From the NCBI GenBank assembly GCA_951406725.2, contig OX597824.1, positions 80,786,001 to 80,850,000 of the forward strand: a stretch of 64,000 bases of DNA. Reading direction: 5' to 3'. Shown one piece after another: positions 29,725 through 43,711 of this stretch. The notes below the pieces were generated by a model. It saw only the letters and a list, made by a program, of their open reading frames with translations, searched no databases and was not told where the DNA came from. The DNA comes from Octopus vulgaris. Lineage: Eukaryota. The position numbers were made by a program, and so were the translations under genes. Position 1 is the first letter of the stretch; each line of letters opens with the position of its first letter.

Positions 29725-30315
29725 ACATGTGTGTGTGTGTCTATGTATTTATGTGTGTGTCTTTCTGTCTGTGTCCCCCCCACCCAGCGCTTGACAACCG
29801 ATGTAGGTGAGTTTACGTCCGCGAAACCTAGCGGTTCGGCAAAAGGGGCCGATAGAATAAGTATCAGGGTTAACAAGAATAAGCCCCGGGCACGATTTCT
29901 TCGACTTAAAGGCGGTGCTCCAGCATGGCCGCAGTCAGATCATTGAAACAAGTAAAAGAATAAAAGAATAAAAGAATATTCTTTTACTTGTTTCAGTCAT
30001 TTTATTGCGGTCATGCTGGAGCAACGCCTTAAGTCGAGGAAATCGACCTCAGGATTTATTCTTTGGAAGTCTATCAGTCTCTTTTGCCGAACCGCTAAGT
30101 TACGGGGACATAAAAACACCAGCATCGGTGTGTTTATATATATACATATATACAACGGGCTTCCTTCAGTTTCCGTCAACCAAATCCACTCACAAAGCTT
30201 TGGTCGGCCCGAGGCTATAGTAGAAGACACTTGCCCCAGGTGTCACACAGTGGGACTGAATCCAGAACCACGTTGTTGGTAAGCAAGCTACTTACCACAC
30301 AGCCACTCTTGCACC
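29514..30315. mobile_element. Tail-to-tail pair of SINE family C copies
   Basis: Plus copy 29514-~29977 abuts minus copy ~29978-30315 at AAGTAAAAGAATAAAAGAATAAAAGAAT|ATTCTTTTACTT. Confidence 0.88.
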
Positions 30316-30331
30316 TATATATATATATATA

Positions 30332-31014
30332 GAATTAATTTTTATTTGCGGTTGAAGCTTTGGCTGTTATTTCTAGTGGGTGAATGGCCTATTATGGCCG
30401 TTCCTTGATTGTTGTCGTTGAACTTAAAAATGGTCTATGACTATTTAATTTTTTCCCACTAGGCCGCTGGTGGCAAAAGAATTCTACAAAATTTTTTTTT
30501 GCCACCCTATATTGATTAATTATGAATTTTCTGGTTAATTCCGTAATGGAATCGACGGCTTATATTTATTTGCTGCCGATAAATTTGGCGCGAGTGCGAC
30601 GATTTGAAAATTTTAGGTCAGATATAACCTTGGCAAGGTCGGATTTGCCTCGTGAAAATATCTGTTCCGACTTGGGCTATTTCTTACTGAAGAATCTGAG
30701 GGCCTTTGGAAGATTGGCTTGATTTAATTTAATCAGGTTAGTTTACCATTAATCAGCAGATGAAACGGTATATCGTATAAGAAATTACAAGGTAAATGTT
30801 TTTTAAATTTTCTCCTGGTTTTCGGAATTAATTTTTATTGGCGGTTGAAGCTTTGGCTGTTATTTCTAGTGGGTGAATGGCCTATTATGGCCGTTCCTTG
30901 ATTGTTGTCGTTGAACTTAAAAATGGTCTATGACTATTTAATTTTTTCCCACTAGGCCGCTGGTGGCAAAAGAATTCTACAAAATTAATTTTTTTTTTTG
31001 CCACCCTATATTGA

Positions 31015-31022
<8 letters not shown>
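30332..31022 (+). mobile_element. Non-coding hammerhead-bearing retroelement (retrozyme-like or non-autonomous Penelope-like), ~1.4 copies of a 493-bp unit
   Basis: Near-identical direct repeats 30332-30523 and 30825-31022 flank ~300 bp containing the hammerhead; (TA)n on both sides; no credible ORF. Confidence 0.7.
30679..30785 (+). ncRNA. Type I hammerhead ribozyme (apparently intact core)
   Basis: Stem I ATTTCTTA (30679-30686) pairs with TAAGAAAT (30778-30785); core CTGAAGA (30687-30693); stem II ATCTG (30694-30698)/CAGAT (30757-30761) enclosing a long insert; GAAA (30762-30765); short stem III ACG/CGT around GTATAT; cleavage triplet GTA (30775-30777). Confidence 0.8.
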
Positions 31023-31058
<36 letters not shown>

Positions 31059-31059
31059 T

Positions 31060-31107
<48 letters not shown>

Positions 31108-31515
31108 TGTGTGTGTGTGTGTATAGGTACTTTTTTGCACCAAGCTGTATCAATTTATCAATCTTAAAACATATAGGTCAGTCGGTGTGTCTTTATATAT
31201 TGCAAAAAAAAAAGAAAGAGAGAGAGAGAGAGAAACTATATGCGTATGTTGATGTTGACATCATATAATGTATGCTAAATGCTTTGAATGGATTTCTCTT
31301 TAAAATTTCCTTAGGGGACAAAAATATCAATGTGGGAAAATGAATCTGTTGATTCGTCTGACATATACTTGTACACTTCTATACACAAACGTAAACACGC
31401 TTTTATATATATATATATACCCATATATGCATGTATGTATATATATATATATATACACCCATATATAGATATATATGTATATATATATATGTAGGTAGGT
31501 ACATATATGTATGTG

Positions 31516-31550
<35 letters not shown>

Positions 31551-31730
31551 GCATGTGGTGTACACATACGTGCGTATATATTTATATATATAAATGCATT
31601 GACACACTTTGTCATGCATATACTACAAACACAATCATTTATGTATGTTCATGTCTATATATATATATATATATATACATAAATGAATATATGTATATTA
31701 TATATATATATACGTGTGTATATGTATATA

Positions 31731-31791
<61 letters not shown>

Positions 31792-31927
31792 CTATATACA
31801 TATACACACAGAAATATATATATATACATTTCTAAATATTCAATTATTATGAAAAATCAGACACGCTTATATATATATACATACATACAGATATATATAT
31901 ATATATAAATATATATAAATATATATG

Positions 31928-31958
<31 letters not shown>

Positions 31959-32232
31959 CTGCCTTTACGTGTGGCACATATAAACACTTATATACACAAT
32001 CTACATATATATACACTTATAAGTACGTCTGTTTATAATTCAACACATCTGAGTAAATAATGAAGTCTTCTGAAATTTTGACATCTGGTGAGTGGCAGTC
32101 TGTTAGAGTAATTATGAAACTCATATCAACACTTGTCCATGTGCTGACTTCTATTAATTCTATCATATTGTTCTTTATAATTCAGTGGAGTTTCCTCGAT
32201 TTCTGGTTGTGTTCATTGTATTATTATTAGTT

Positions 32233-32264
<32 letters not shown>

Positions 32265-32344
32265 TATTTTTATTATTACTACTACTACTATTGTTATTAT
32301 AATCATTATTATTATTAATATTATTATCATTATTACTATTATCA

Positions 32345-32453
<109 letters not shown>

Positions 32454-32530
32454 TATTATTTTTATTATTACTACTACTACTATTGTTATTATAATCATTA
32501 TTATTATTAATATTATTATCATTATTGCTA

Positions 32531-32561
<31 letters not shown>

Positions 32562-32581
32562 TATTATTATTATTATTATTA

Positions 32582-32615
<34 letters not shown>

Positions 32616-32642
32616 CATTATTATTATTGTATCATTATTATA

Positions 32643-32692
<50 letters not shown>

Positions 32693-32814
32693 CATTATTA
32701 TTATTATATCATTATTATAATTATTATTATTATTATTATTATTATCATTGTTGTTGTTATTACTATTATTATTATTATTATTATTATATTACTATTATTA
32801 TTATTATTATTATC

Positions 32815-32870
<56 letters not shown>

Positions 32871-32878
32871 CATCATCA

Positions 32879-32946
<68 letters not shown>

Positions 32947-33140
32947 GTTATCATTATTATTATTATTATTATTGATGTTGTTGCGGTCCTTGTTGCAGTT
33001 TTCACTGTTATGTTTGTGTGTGTTTTTGGATTTTTATAATTATTTTTGATCCTTTGTTCCTTATCGTTTAATCTTCGTTCGGTCTGGAAGCCTGCAAATC
33101 GCCCTTTATATCGCTATGCTTTAGCAAAGTCATAATATGT

Positions 33141-33190
<50 letters not shown>

Positions 33191-33194
<4 letters not shown>

Positions 33195-33267
33195 AAAGGA
33201 AGTCACTAGAATTATATTAGAAATTTAGTAGTTTCTAAGTTTATATATAAATATATATGTGTGTTCT

Positions 33268-33320
<53 letters not shown>

Positions 33321-33398
33321 AAAGGAAGTCACTAGAATTACATTAGAAATTTAGTAGTTTCGAAGTTTATATATAAATATATATGTGTGTTCTTATGT
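33191..33398. repeat. Local tandem duplication (~126-bp period) bounded by (GT)n
   Basis: GAGGAAAGGAAGTCACTAGAATTA...GTTCTTATGTG occurs at 33191 and 33317 with two differences. Confidence 0.85.
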
Positions 33399-33409
33399 GT
33401 GTGTGTGTT

Positions 33410-33440
<31 letters not shown>

Positions 33441-33487
33441 GGTAGTGTGTGCGCGCACGAGTTTACTTCGAAGGGATCTAGAATAAA

Positions 33488-33574
33488 GGACCCTGAAGAA
33501 ACTACCTCGACCATGGTGCAAGGCTGCATATCCCACAGTGTGCAGAGGCTGCAGTTAAAAACACGTGTAGGTTT
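33488..33574 (+). ncRNA. Degenerate hammerhead-like motif
   Basis: GGACC-CTGAAGA-AACT...AGTT-AAAAA-CACGT-GTA-GGTTT; palindromic ACACGTGT at stem III, but the conserved GAAA is replaced by AAAAA. Confidence 0.4.
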
Positions 33575-33660
33575 GGAGAACATGCTGTAAATAACTGTTA
33601 AATATAATTTATGGATGTGAAAAATCTCCATTTCTCCTTATCATTATTAATGTTATATAT

Positions 33661-34672
33661 GAAGGTGGCGAGCTGGTAGAATCATTAGCACGCCGGGCGA
33701 AATGCTTAGCGGTCTTTCGTCTGCCGTTACGTTCTGAGTTCAAATCCCGCGGAGGTCGACTTTGTCGTTCATCCTTTCGGGGTCGATAAATTAAGTACTA
33801 GTTACGCACTGGGGTCGATATAATCGACTTAATCCGTTTGTCTGTCCTTGTTTGTCTGTCCTTATTTGTCCTCTCTGTGTTTAGCCCCTTGTGGGTAGCA
33901 AAGAAATAAGAATTTCGTCTGCCGTTACGTTCTGAGTTCAAATCCCGCCGAGGTCGACTTTGTCGTTCTTCCTTTCGGGGTCGATAAATTAAGTACCAGT
34001 TACGCACTGGGGTCGATATAATCGACTTAATCCGTTTGTCTGTCCTTGTTTGTCTGTCCTTATTTGTCCTCTCTGTGTTTAGCCCCTTGTGGGTAGCAAA
34101 GAAATAAGTATTTCGTCTGCCGTTACGTTCTGAGTTCAAATCCCGCGGAGGTCGACTTTGCCGTTCATACTTTCGAGGTCGATAAATTAAGTACCAGTTA
34201 CGCACTGGGGTCGATGTAATCGACTTAATAGGTTTGTCTGTCCTTGTTTGTCTACTTTGTGTTTAGCTCCTTGTGGGTAGTTAAAAAAATAGGTATTTCG
34301 TCTGTCTTTACGTTCTGAATTCAAATTCTGCCAGGGTTGACTTTGACTCTCGGGGTCGATAAAATTAGTATCAGTTGCACACTGGGGTCGATGTAATCAC
34401 TTTAATCCCTTCTAAAATTTGAAGTCTTGGGTTTCCAATGGAAATGATTATTAATGATAGATGTGAAGGCGGCGAGGCTGCAGAATCGTCAGCACTCGGG
34501 GCGAAATGCTTAGGGGTATTTCGTCTACCGCTATATTCTGAATTCAAATTCCGCCAGAGTCGACTTTGCTTTTCATCCTCTCGGGGTTGATAAACTAAGT
34601 CCCAGTTGTGCATTGGGGTCGATATAATCAACTTAACCCCTACCCCAAAATTGCTGTTCTTGTGGCACACTA
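33661..34672 (+). mobile_element. SINE family A tetramer followed by a diverged monomer
   Basis: Head at 33661, then four tandem ~190-bp body units to ~34450; second head at ~34466. Confidence 0.88.
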
Positions 34673-34689
34673 TTATACCACAATTAATG

Positions 34690-34721
<32 letters not shown>

Positions 34722-34795
34722 GTGTGTGTGTATGTATGTGTGTGTATGTGTATGTGTGTGTGTGCGTGTGTGTGTGTATGTGCATGTGTGTGTGT

Positions 34796-34855
<60 letters not shown>

Positions 34856-35361
34856 GTGTGTAAATGATGTGAGAAATCTAGTGTTTCATGTTTCGTTGCT
34901 TTGCTTTCTCTCTTCCTGTTGTTGCTTATTGCAAAATCAAAATTTATTTTAGCTTTACACAATTGGCCGGTCATCGGTTGAAGAGGTTGTTATGTTGGTG
35001 TACCTGTGAAGATAGGCCTGGTCTGTTGTTGCCATGCCATCTTTCCACCGATTGACCTTATTGTCTGTCATTGGCACGGACATTCAAAGCTGCTTTGCGT
35101 TTATATAAAAACAACAGCAGCAACGGCAGTAAAAATGTAGAACCTGGTATTTTGACACATCATTGCCGTCGTCGTCGTTGTCTTAGTAGTAGTCGTAGTA
35201 GTAGTAGTAGTAGTAGTAGTAGTTGAAGAAGAAGAAGGAGAAGGAGGCGGAGAAGAAGAAGTAGAAGAAGAAGAAGAAGAAGAAGAAGAAGAAGAAGAAG
35301 AAGAAGAAGAAGCTGCTGCTGCTGCCGCTGTTGCTGTGTGTTTAGCGTTCAGGTCATCTCT

Positions 35362-35780
35362 TATTTCTTTACTGCCCACAAGGGGCTACGCAGAAAAGGG
35401 ACAAAGAAGGACAGACAAACTGATTAAGTCGATTATATCGACCCCAGTGCGTACCTGGTACTTAATTTAGCGACCCCGCCGAAAGAATGAAGGGCAAAGT
35501 CGACCTCGGCGGAATTTGAACTCAGAACGTTGCGGCAGACGAAATATCTATTTCTTTACTACCCACAATGGGCTAAACACAAAGAGGACAAACAAGGACA
35601 GACAAACGAATTAATTCGATTATATCGACTCCAGTGCGTAACTGGTACTTATTTAATCGACCCCAAAAGGAGGAAAGGCAAAGTCGACCTCGGCGGAATT
35701 TGAACTCAGAACGTAGCGGCAGACGAAATACGGCTAAGCATTTCGTCCGGCGTGCTAACGTTTCTGCCAGCTCGCCGCCT
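35362..35780 (-). mobile_element. SINE family A dimer
   Basis: Two units, one head; 14-bp TSD TTCAGGTCATCTCT (35348-35361, 35781-35794). Confidence 0.9.
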
Positions 35781-35984
35781 TTCAGGTCATCTCTGACTCA
35801 TGAAAGCTATAATCTCATGTTCATGTTCTCATTCTGGATATCATGTATATTTAATTCAAGGTACACATCCATCTAGAATTTTATCAGCCAATTTTGCCTT
35901 CCTTTTTCAAGGAGAATTTTCAGGGACGTTTGTCTGCTGTTTCTAACATTTAGATTGACAACATAGCGCCTACTAATGTAGCTA

Positions 35985-36371
35985 GGAGGTGCAATGGCCC
36001 AGTGGTTAGGGCAGCGGACTCGCTGTCATAGGATCGCGTTTTCGTTTCCCAGAACGGGCTTTGCGAGTGTTCATTGAGCGAAAACACCTAAAAGCTCCAC
36101 GAGGCTCCGGCAGGGGATGTTGGTAATCCCTGCTGTACTCTTTCACCACAACTTTCTCTCACTCTTACTTCCTGTTTCTGTTGTACCTGTATTTCAAAGG
36201 GCCGGCATTGTCACTCTCTGTGTCACGCTGAATATCCCCGAGAACTACGTTAAGGGTACACATGTCTGTGGAGTGCTTAGCCACTTACACGTTAATTTCA
36301 CGTGCAGGCTGTTCCGTTGATTCGGATCAACCGGAACCCTCGTCGTCGTAACCGACGGAGTGCTTCCATCC
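35985..36371 (+). mobile_element. SINE family B, full length
   Basis: Same head, body and tail; 12-bp TSD with one mismatch (ACTAATGTAGCT / ACTACTGTAGCT). Confidence 0.9.
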
Positions 36372-36928
36372 ACTACTGTAGCTTAATATCTCTCAATTTA
36401 GGTCGATCATACGGTCATACGATCTTACTGTGTTTTGTAAACAATTTACTAAACTGTATATTAATACTAAGACAACTGAGGAACTGACTCAGTGTTTGTT
36501 TTCACTGAATCTCGTCTGTCTGGATGCTTACAACGCTCTTTAGCTCTTTCTTTTTTCTGACTTTCAACGAAGATGAAATTCTATATACATTAAAATATTG
36601 TGTTTATATGCGCTTGTGTTGCTGTTTAGTTCCACGTCATCCGTGATGAAACAAGTCTAGCTTTCAGACGTCAAGTTGATCCGAATCTGCGCAGCATCGG
36701 GTAAGCTGCATATGGGAGTGGCCGGGTAGGTTAGATATTGGACTGCCATCTTATATGCCTCGGGTTCTAATCGGTTCTTTGGTGGTGTACCTTTGTGACC
36801 CAAAACGAAATATTTTATTTCGGAAATACCTGTTTAATTTTAGTTTCGTTTCAGTATACAATGCTCTTTCCTAAAAAAAGGCTTTTATCACCACACACAC
36901 ACTCAAACGCGCATGCACACCACACACA

Positions 36929-36974
<46 letters not shown>

Positions 36975-37486
36975 AGTGGAAAGAGAAAGAAAAGGATAGA
37001 GGAATATTTATTCCATAAATTTTAGGCGTATATAACATAATTATTTATTATGCATACAAAAATATACAGAAATATATGTATATGATTATATATAGCATAT
37101 TTGGTGCTTGTATATAAACGTGTTGCCCGAAACTGTAAGGACTTCTGGTCAACTTGACTGATGAAAGAAGGCCACGAATGACCCGTCTTTTTTCCCTGTC
37201 CTTCTAATTGTTGTTTCTCCTGTCCATCTTTGTATTGTCTATCTAGCCGAATGTTTTATTGTACTCTATTGTTCCATATATAATACATACATACACACAC
37301 ATATAAACACATGCACACACAATACAAACACACACAAACAAGCACACACACACACACATACATGGAATTGGATCTCGAAGTACATATAGAAACCATTTAG
37401 GATAGAGAAAGACGTAAATGGTTTTTTAACCCACTATTTACATGCTTCTTTATATATATATATAAATATATATATATAAAGAGAGA

Positions 37487-37531
<45 letters not shown>

Positions 37532-37708
37532 CTACTCTAAAAACCAATTCATTCCTCATTCTTTCGAATGTTTGCAAACTCTTATGATATCGGCAATATA
37601 CATATATACATACATACATACATACATACATATACATTCAAATATATATATACATATATATATGTGTATATGTATGTATATATGTATATATGTACATATG
37701 TACATATG

Positions 37709-37784
<76 letters not shown>

Positions 37785-38271
37785 TGTACTCACCAAAAGT
37801 GATGTGGCTTATCCGTGTCTCTTCTATAATTCTTCTATAATTCTTAATCTTTCTGCTTCAAGCCTTACTCCATTATCGTCTTCCGTTTCACTTTGTCTTT
37901 CGGTTATTCTTCTTATTCCATTTACCTCGAGCCTTGTTTCTTCTCTTTATTCTTATATTTCTTGTTATCATTTTACAGTGCTTCTGTTTTAGTGCATTTT
38001 GCATCGAATAATTCCTTCTTCCTATGTAAAGGATGTCTTTTTTCTTTTTTTTTTTTTTTGTTCTGCTGTTTGCAGTCAGGCAGTTTTGTATATGACTTAC
38101 AAATTACCTGTTGAGTGTATCAAAAGTAGCCTTTTCTGTTTTCTCTTCTTTATACATTACATTTATGCCCTCACTTATTCGCCTACCTTCATTATTCTAA
38201 ATGATTTCTTTTCTATATGTATATAGATTTCTCAACTATATTATGCATCCTCGCTTTTCTCCATTTCGCAA

Positions 38272-38650
38272 TGTCTTCCACGCTAGAAAAACGCCGCCGC
38301 CGTGGTGATCTCATTCTCGCCCACAGCATCATAAGCGGAAAGTGTAACCTTTTGAAAGAGCTGTTCTTCACTCCTGCTCCAGAGCGTCGGCTGTGGGGTC
38401 ATTCCAAAAAGCTCTACCTGCGACGATTTCATCTCAATCGAAGGAGAGGAGCTTTCTCCGTCCGGGTTGCGGATCCGTGGAACAAGCTGCCAAACGAGAT
38501 GGTGAAGATGCTGACGACCGCTTTGTTCAAAGCCTCCCTTGACCTCAAGAGGCCTGAACTCTTTACATGAACACCACCCTGTACTTAACTCCATGTCCCC
38601 CTACAAGGCCTTGCTATTTGCTTTTGAGCCAAATTAACTAACTAACTAAC
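38272..38650 (+). mobile_element. CR1-like LINE 3' fragment
   Basis: Translation TLEKRRRRGDLI...GHSKKL...FSVRVADPWNKLP...FKASLD is the typical CR1 ORF2 C-terminus; stop at 38570; (AACT)n tail near 38635-38650. Confidence 0.88.
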
Positions 38651-39045
38651 ATGCTCTCCTTCATCGTAATCAAAATGAATTTCTCTTTCTTTCTGCATTA
38701 TTATTTGTTGACTATCCATACCGCTCTTATTTTGATACATTATCTCCTTCAATCCCACTTCCTCTTCGGTTCCTCTTTATATTTCACTGTCTGTTAACCT
38801 GACCTCCTGTCTCGCGTGGAGTCTGATTACAAGTTGCTACTTTCATTCTCTCCTTCACACTACTCTCAGCATAGTCACCCACCTACTCATCCATCTACCG
38901 ATCCAACGATCGATCTATCCAACCCAAAACTTCTACCTACGTACCAACTTACCATCGTACGATCTTAGCTATCCACCTTGCTATATTTGTGACCGTCTAT
39001 GTACACAAAGCTCACACCCTCCTCGGCTCTCTCACACACTATACA

Positions 39046-39108
<63 letters not shown>

Positions 39109-39274
39109 GATGAGCTTCTTTCAGTTTCCGCCTGCCAAGTCCACTCACAAGTCTTTGGTCGGCTCGAGGCTATAGTAGAAGACACTTGCCCAAGGTGTCA
39201 CGCATTGGGACTGAACCTGGAACCATGTGGTTGGTAAGCAAGCTGCTTACCACACAGCCGCTCCTGTAAGTATG

Positions 39275-40762
<1,488 letters not shown>

Positions 40763-40787
40763 TTATTTATTTATATATATATTTATT

Positions 40788-40834
<47 letters not shown>

Positions 40835-40865
40835 CCCTGTAAATTTGGATTTATTCCCTAATATT

Positions 40866-40944
<79 letters not shown>

Positions 40945-41934
40945 TATATATACATATACACACACACATATATATATACAGATAGATAGCTAGATATATT
41001 CCCATACACATATCTAGCTATGTGTCTATCTCCTTCCTAATTTCCTATCGACCTATCCATCAACATATCTATTTCTCTATCGCTGAATATATATTTATTT
41101 ATATATATATACTTCCTAAATTACATAATGATTGTATAATGAAAACAAGTTATTAGTTTAATGAAAAGTTACTGTGTCCTACATAATAATCCTAGTTAAA
41201 TAATATATTTTTACAAATTTATTTCTTTAAAAAATACTTAACCAATATCATTCAAACCGCATTTCTCTATTTTTGTTTAATTTTCCCTGCATGCATCTGC
41301 CAACAGCAGCGATGTTACTTGGGCTAATTTGGTGAAAATTGTAACCTTCGTTAGATGTCCATTATTATTTACTCAAACTTTTCATGTTGACGAAACATCA
41401 TACGAAGTACATTTCTTTACTTAGTCAACAATATTCATCGATATATTGGATATTCGCTTTTTTTTTTTTCGCGCTTTTGATTGAACCAAATGAAGAAGGT
41501 CATGATCAGGTAATTGTTCTTCACGTGTCTGAAGTGATTCAGAAAATACCTGTGTAGTTTTATCCCATCTTCTATAAGCTCTTTCCCAATAATTTCTTGT
41601 TATCGAACAACGAATCTATTATCACACTGTGGCAACGAATATTTCTAAATTGCTCAAATGTTCTTTAGTGTCATTTCTTCGCATGATCATTTAAGATTTA
41701 TAGTGGCATTCCCATATTAATTTAGACGCAAAATTCAACAAACTATATTGTATTTTCTTTTTGTGTAAATATAAATACTTCCGCAAACGCTCGTAGTAAA
41801 TCTAAATATTTTAAAACAGGCTATAACCCTTCTGTTCACATGCTCTAATACAGATGTCGTGTTCGGGAGTAAAACACAGTACGACTTCCACATTTACATA
41901 CAAGTCATTAAAATGAAGTATGTTAACTAGAAAC

Positions 41935-42258
41935 GGAGGCGCAATGGCCCAGTGGTTTGGGCAGCAGACTCGCGGTCGGAGGATCACGGTTTCTATCCAC
42001 AGACTGGGCGTTGTGTGTGTTTATTGAGCGGAAACAGCTAAAGAAGATCCACGGGGCTCCTGCAGGGTGGGGGGCGCCGATCCCTGTTGTACTTTTTCGC
42101 CACGACTTTCTCTCACTCTCTCTTCCTGCTTCTTGAGTAACGCTGCGATGGACTGGGACTGGCGTCCCGTCCAGCTGGGGGGGAACACATACGCCACAGA
42201 AATCTGGAAACCGGGCCCATGAACCTGGCTAGGCTTGAAAAGGGCGACGTTTATCGTT
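41935..42258 (+). mobile_element. Chimeric SINE: family B head and body with the tail seen at 23750-23845
   Basis: 16-bp TSD TATGTTAACTAGAAAC (41919-41934, 42259-42274); tail TAACGCTGCGATGGACTGG...CCTGGCTAGG. Confidence 0.88.
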
Positions 42259-42721
42259 TATGTTAACTAGAAACATTACCTGGAATAAATATAACTAAGA
42301 TATAATATTCATCTTACGCCATTTTCTACTTCTCTTCAAAGACGAACATTATATATTAATCTTAAAATACATGACTTTTTGTTAAAATACCAAAATAATA
42401 TTTTGAAGTTCGCCTTTAAGCGTCTAGCGATTCTATGCGCTATAGACATAAAAATTGTGTTTAATTTAAAACCATTTCTTCCCCCAAAAATATGATATGC
42501 AAGTTTTCTACGTTTTAAATCTATCTTCTAGGTCATATTTCACCCTACGAAAAGGATTTTTCATATCATCATCATCATCATTGAATTGCTTACAAATAAT
42601 TCAAACGACAAATATTTAAAAAAAAAGTATCTGATATTTTCTGCTCTGTTTTTGTCTTCATATTCAACATCACAAGTTCTGCAAACACTATATACTCCTG
42701 CCCTGGTCTTGCATCTATACT

Positions 42722-43132
42722 CTTTACTCTCTCTTTTACTCTTATAATTGTTTCAGTCATTTGACTGCGGCCATGCTGGAGCACCGCCTTTAGTCGAGCA
42801 AATCGACCCCGGGACTTATTCTTTTGTAAGCCCAGTACTTATTCTATCGGTCTCTTTTGCCGAACCGCTAAGTGACGGGGACGTAAACACTCCAGCATCG
42901 GTTGTCAAGCAATGCTAGGGGGACAAACACAGACACACAAACACACACACATATATATATACATATATACGACAGGCTTCTTTCAGTTTCCGTCTACCAA
43001 ATCCATTCACAAGGCATTGGTCGGCCCGGGTCTATAGCAGAAGACACTTGCCCAAGATGCCACGCAGTGGGACTGAACCCAGAACCATGTGGTTGGTTAG
43101 CAAGCTACTTACCACACAGCCACTCCTGCGCC
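42722..43132 (-). mobile_element. SINE family C, full length
   Basis: All modules present in reverse complement. Confidence 0.88.
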
Positions 43133-43326
43133 TATGCTAAGATTTTTCAGTAAATATTTCTTATATTCAGATATATTTTGATGTGCGTCGAACAAAAATT
43201 GCCCCTGGTCATGTCTAACTTAATAGTAACGACTGATAAGATATGTTAAGTCATTTTTAAGTCAGTTTTTGTGGTACTATGGTCCGTTCAAACAAGGAGT
43301 TGCTATTGATAGATATATCCATGAAT

Positions 43327-43711
43327 GTGGAGGCGCAATGGCCCAGTGGTTAGGGCAGCGCACTCGCAGTCGGAGGATCGCGGCTTCGATTCCCAGATCG
43401 GGCATTGTGAGTGTTTATTGAGCGAAAACACCTAAAGCTCAACGAGGCTCCGGCAGGGGGTGGTGGTGAACCCTGCTGTACTCTTTCACCACAACTTTCT
43501 CTCGCTCTTTCTTCCTGTTTCTCTTGTACCTGTATTTCAAAGGGCCAGCCTTGTCACATTCTGTGTGTCACGCTGAATCTTCCTGAGAACTACGTTAAGG
43601 GTACACGTGTCTGTGAAGTACTCAGCCACATACACGTTAATTTCACGAGCAGGCTGTTCCATTGATCGTATCAGCTGGGACCCTCATCGTCGCAACCGAC
43701 GGAGTGCTTCC
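43327..43711 (+). mobile_element. SINE family B, full length
   Basis: 14-bp TSD ATATATCCATGAAT (43313-43326, 43721-43734). Confidence 0.9.

Noticed and set aside
33720-34430. Regularly spaced repeats resembling a CRISPR array
   Set aside because: The intervening sequence is also repeated (no unique spacers), there are no cas genes, and the context is eukaryotic; this is a SINE multimer.
37120-37180. GAAACTGTA followed by CTGATGA (possible type II hammerhead)
   Set aside because: Stems I and II do not pair in register; at most a truncated relic.
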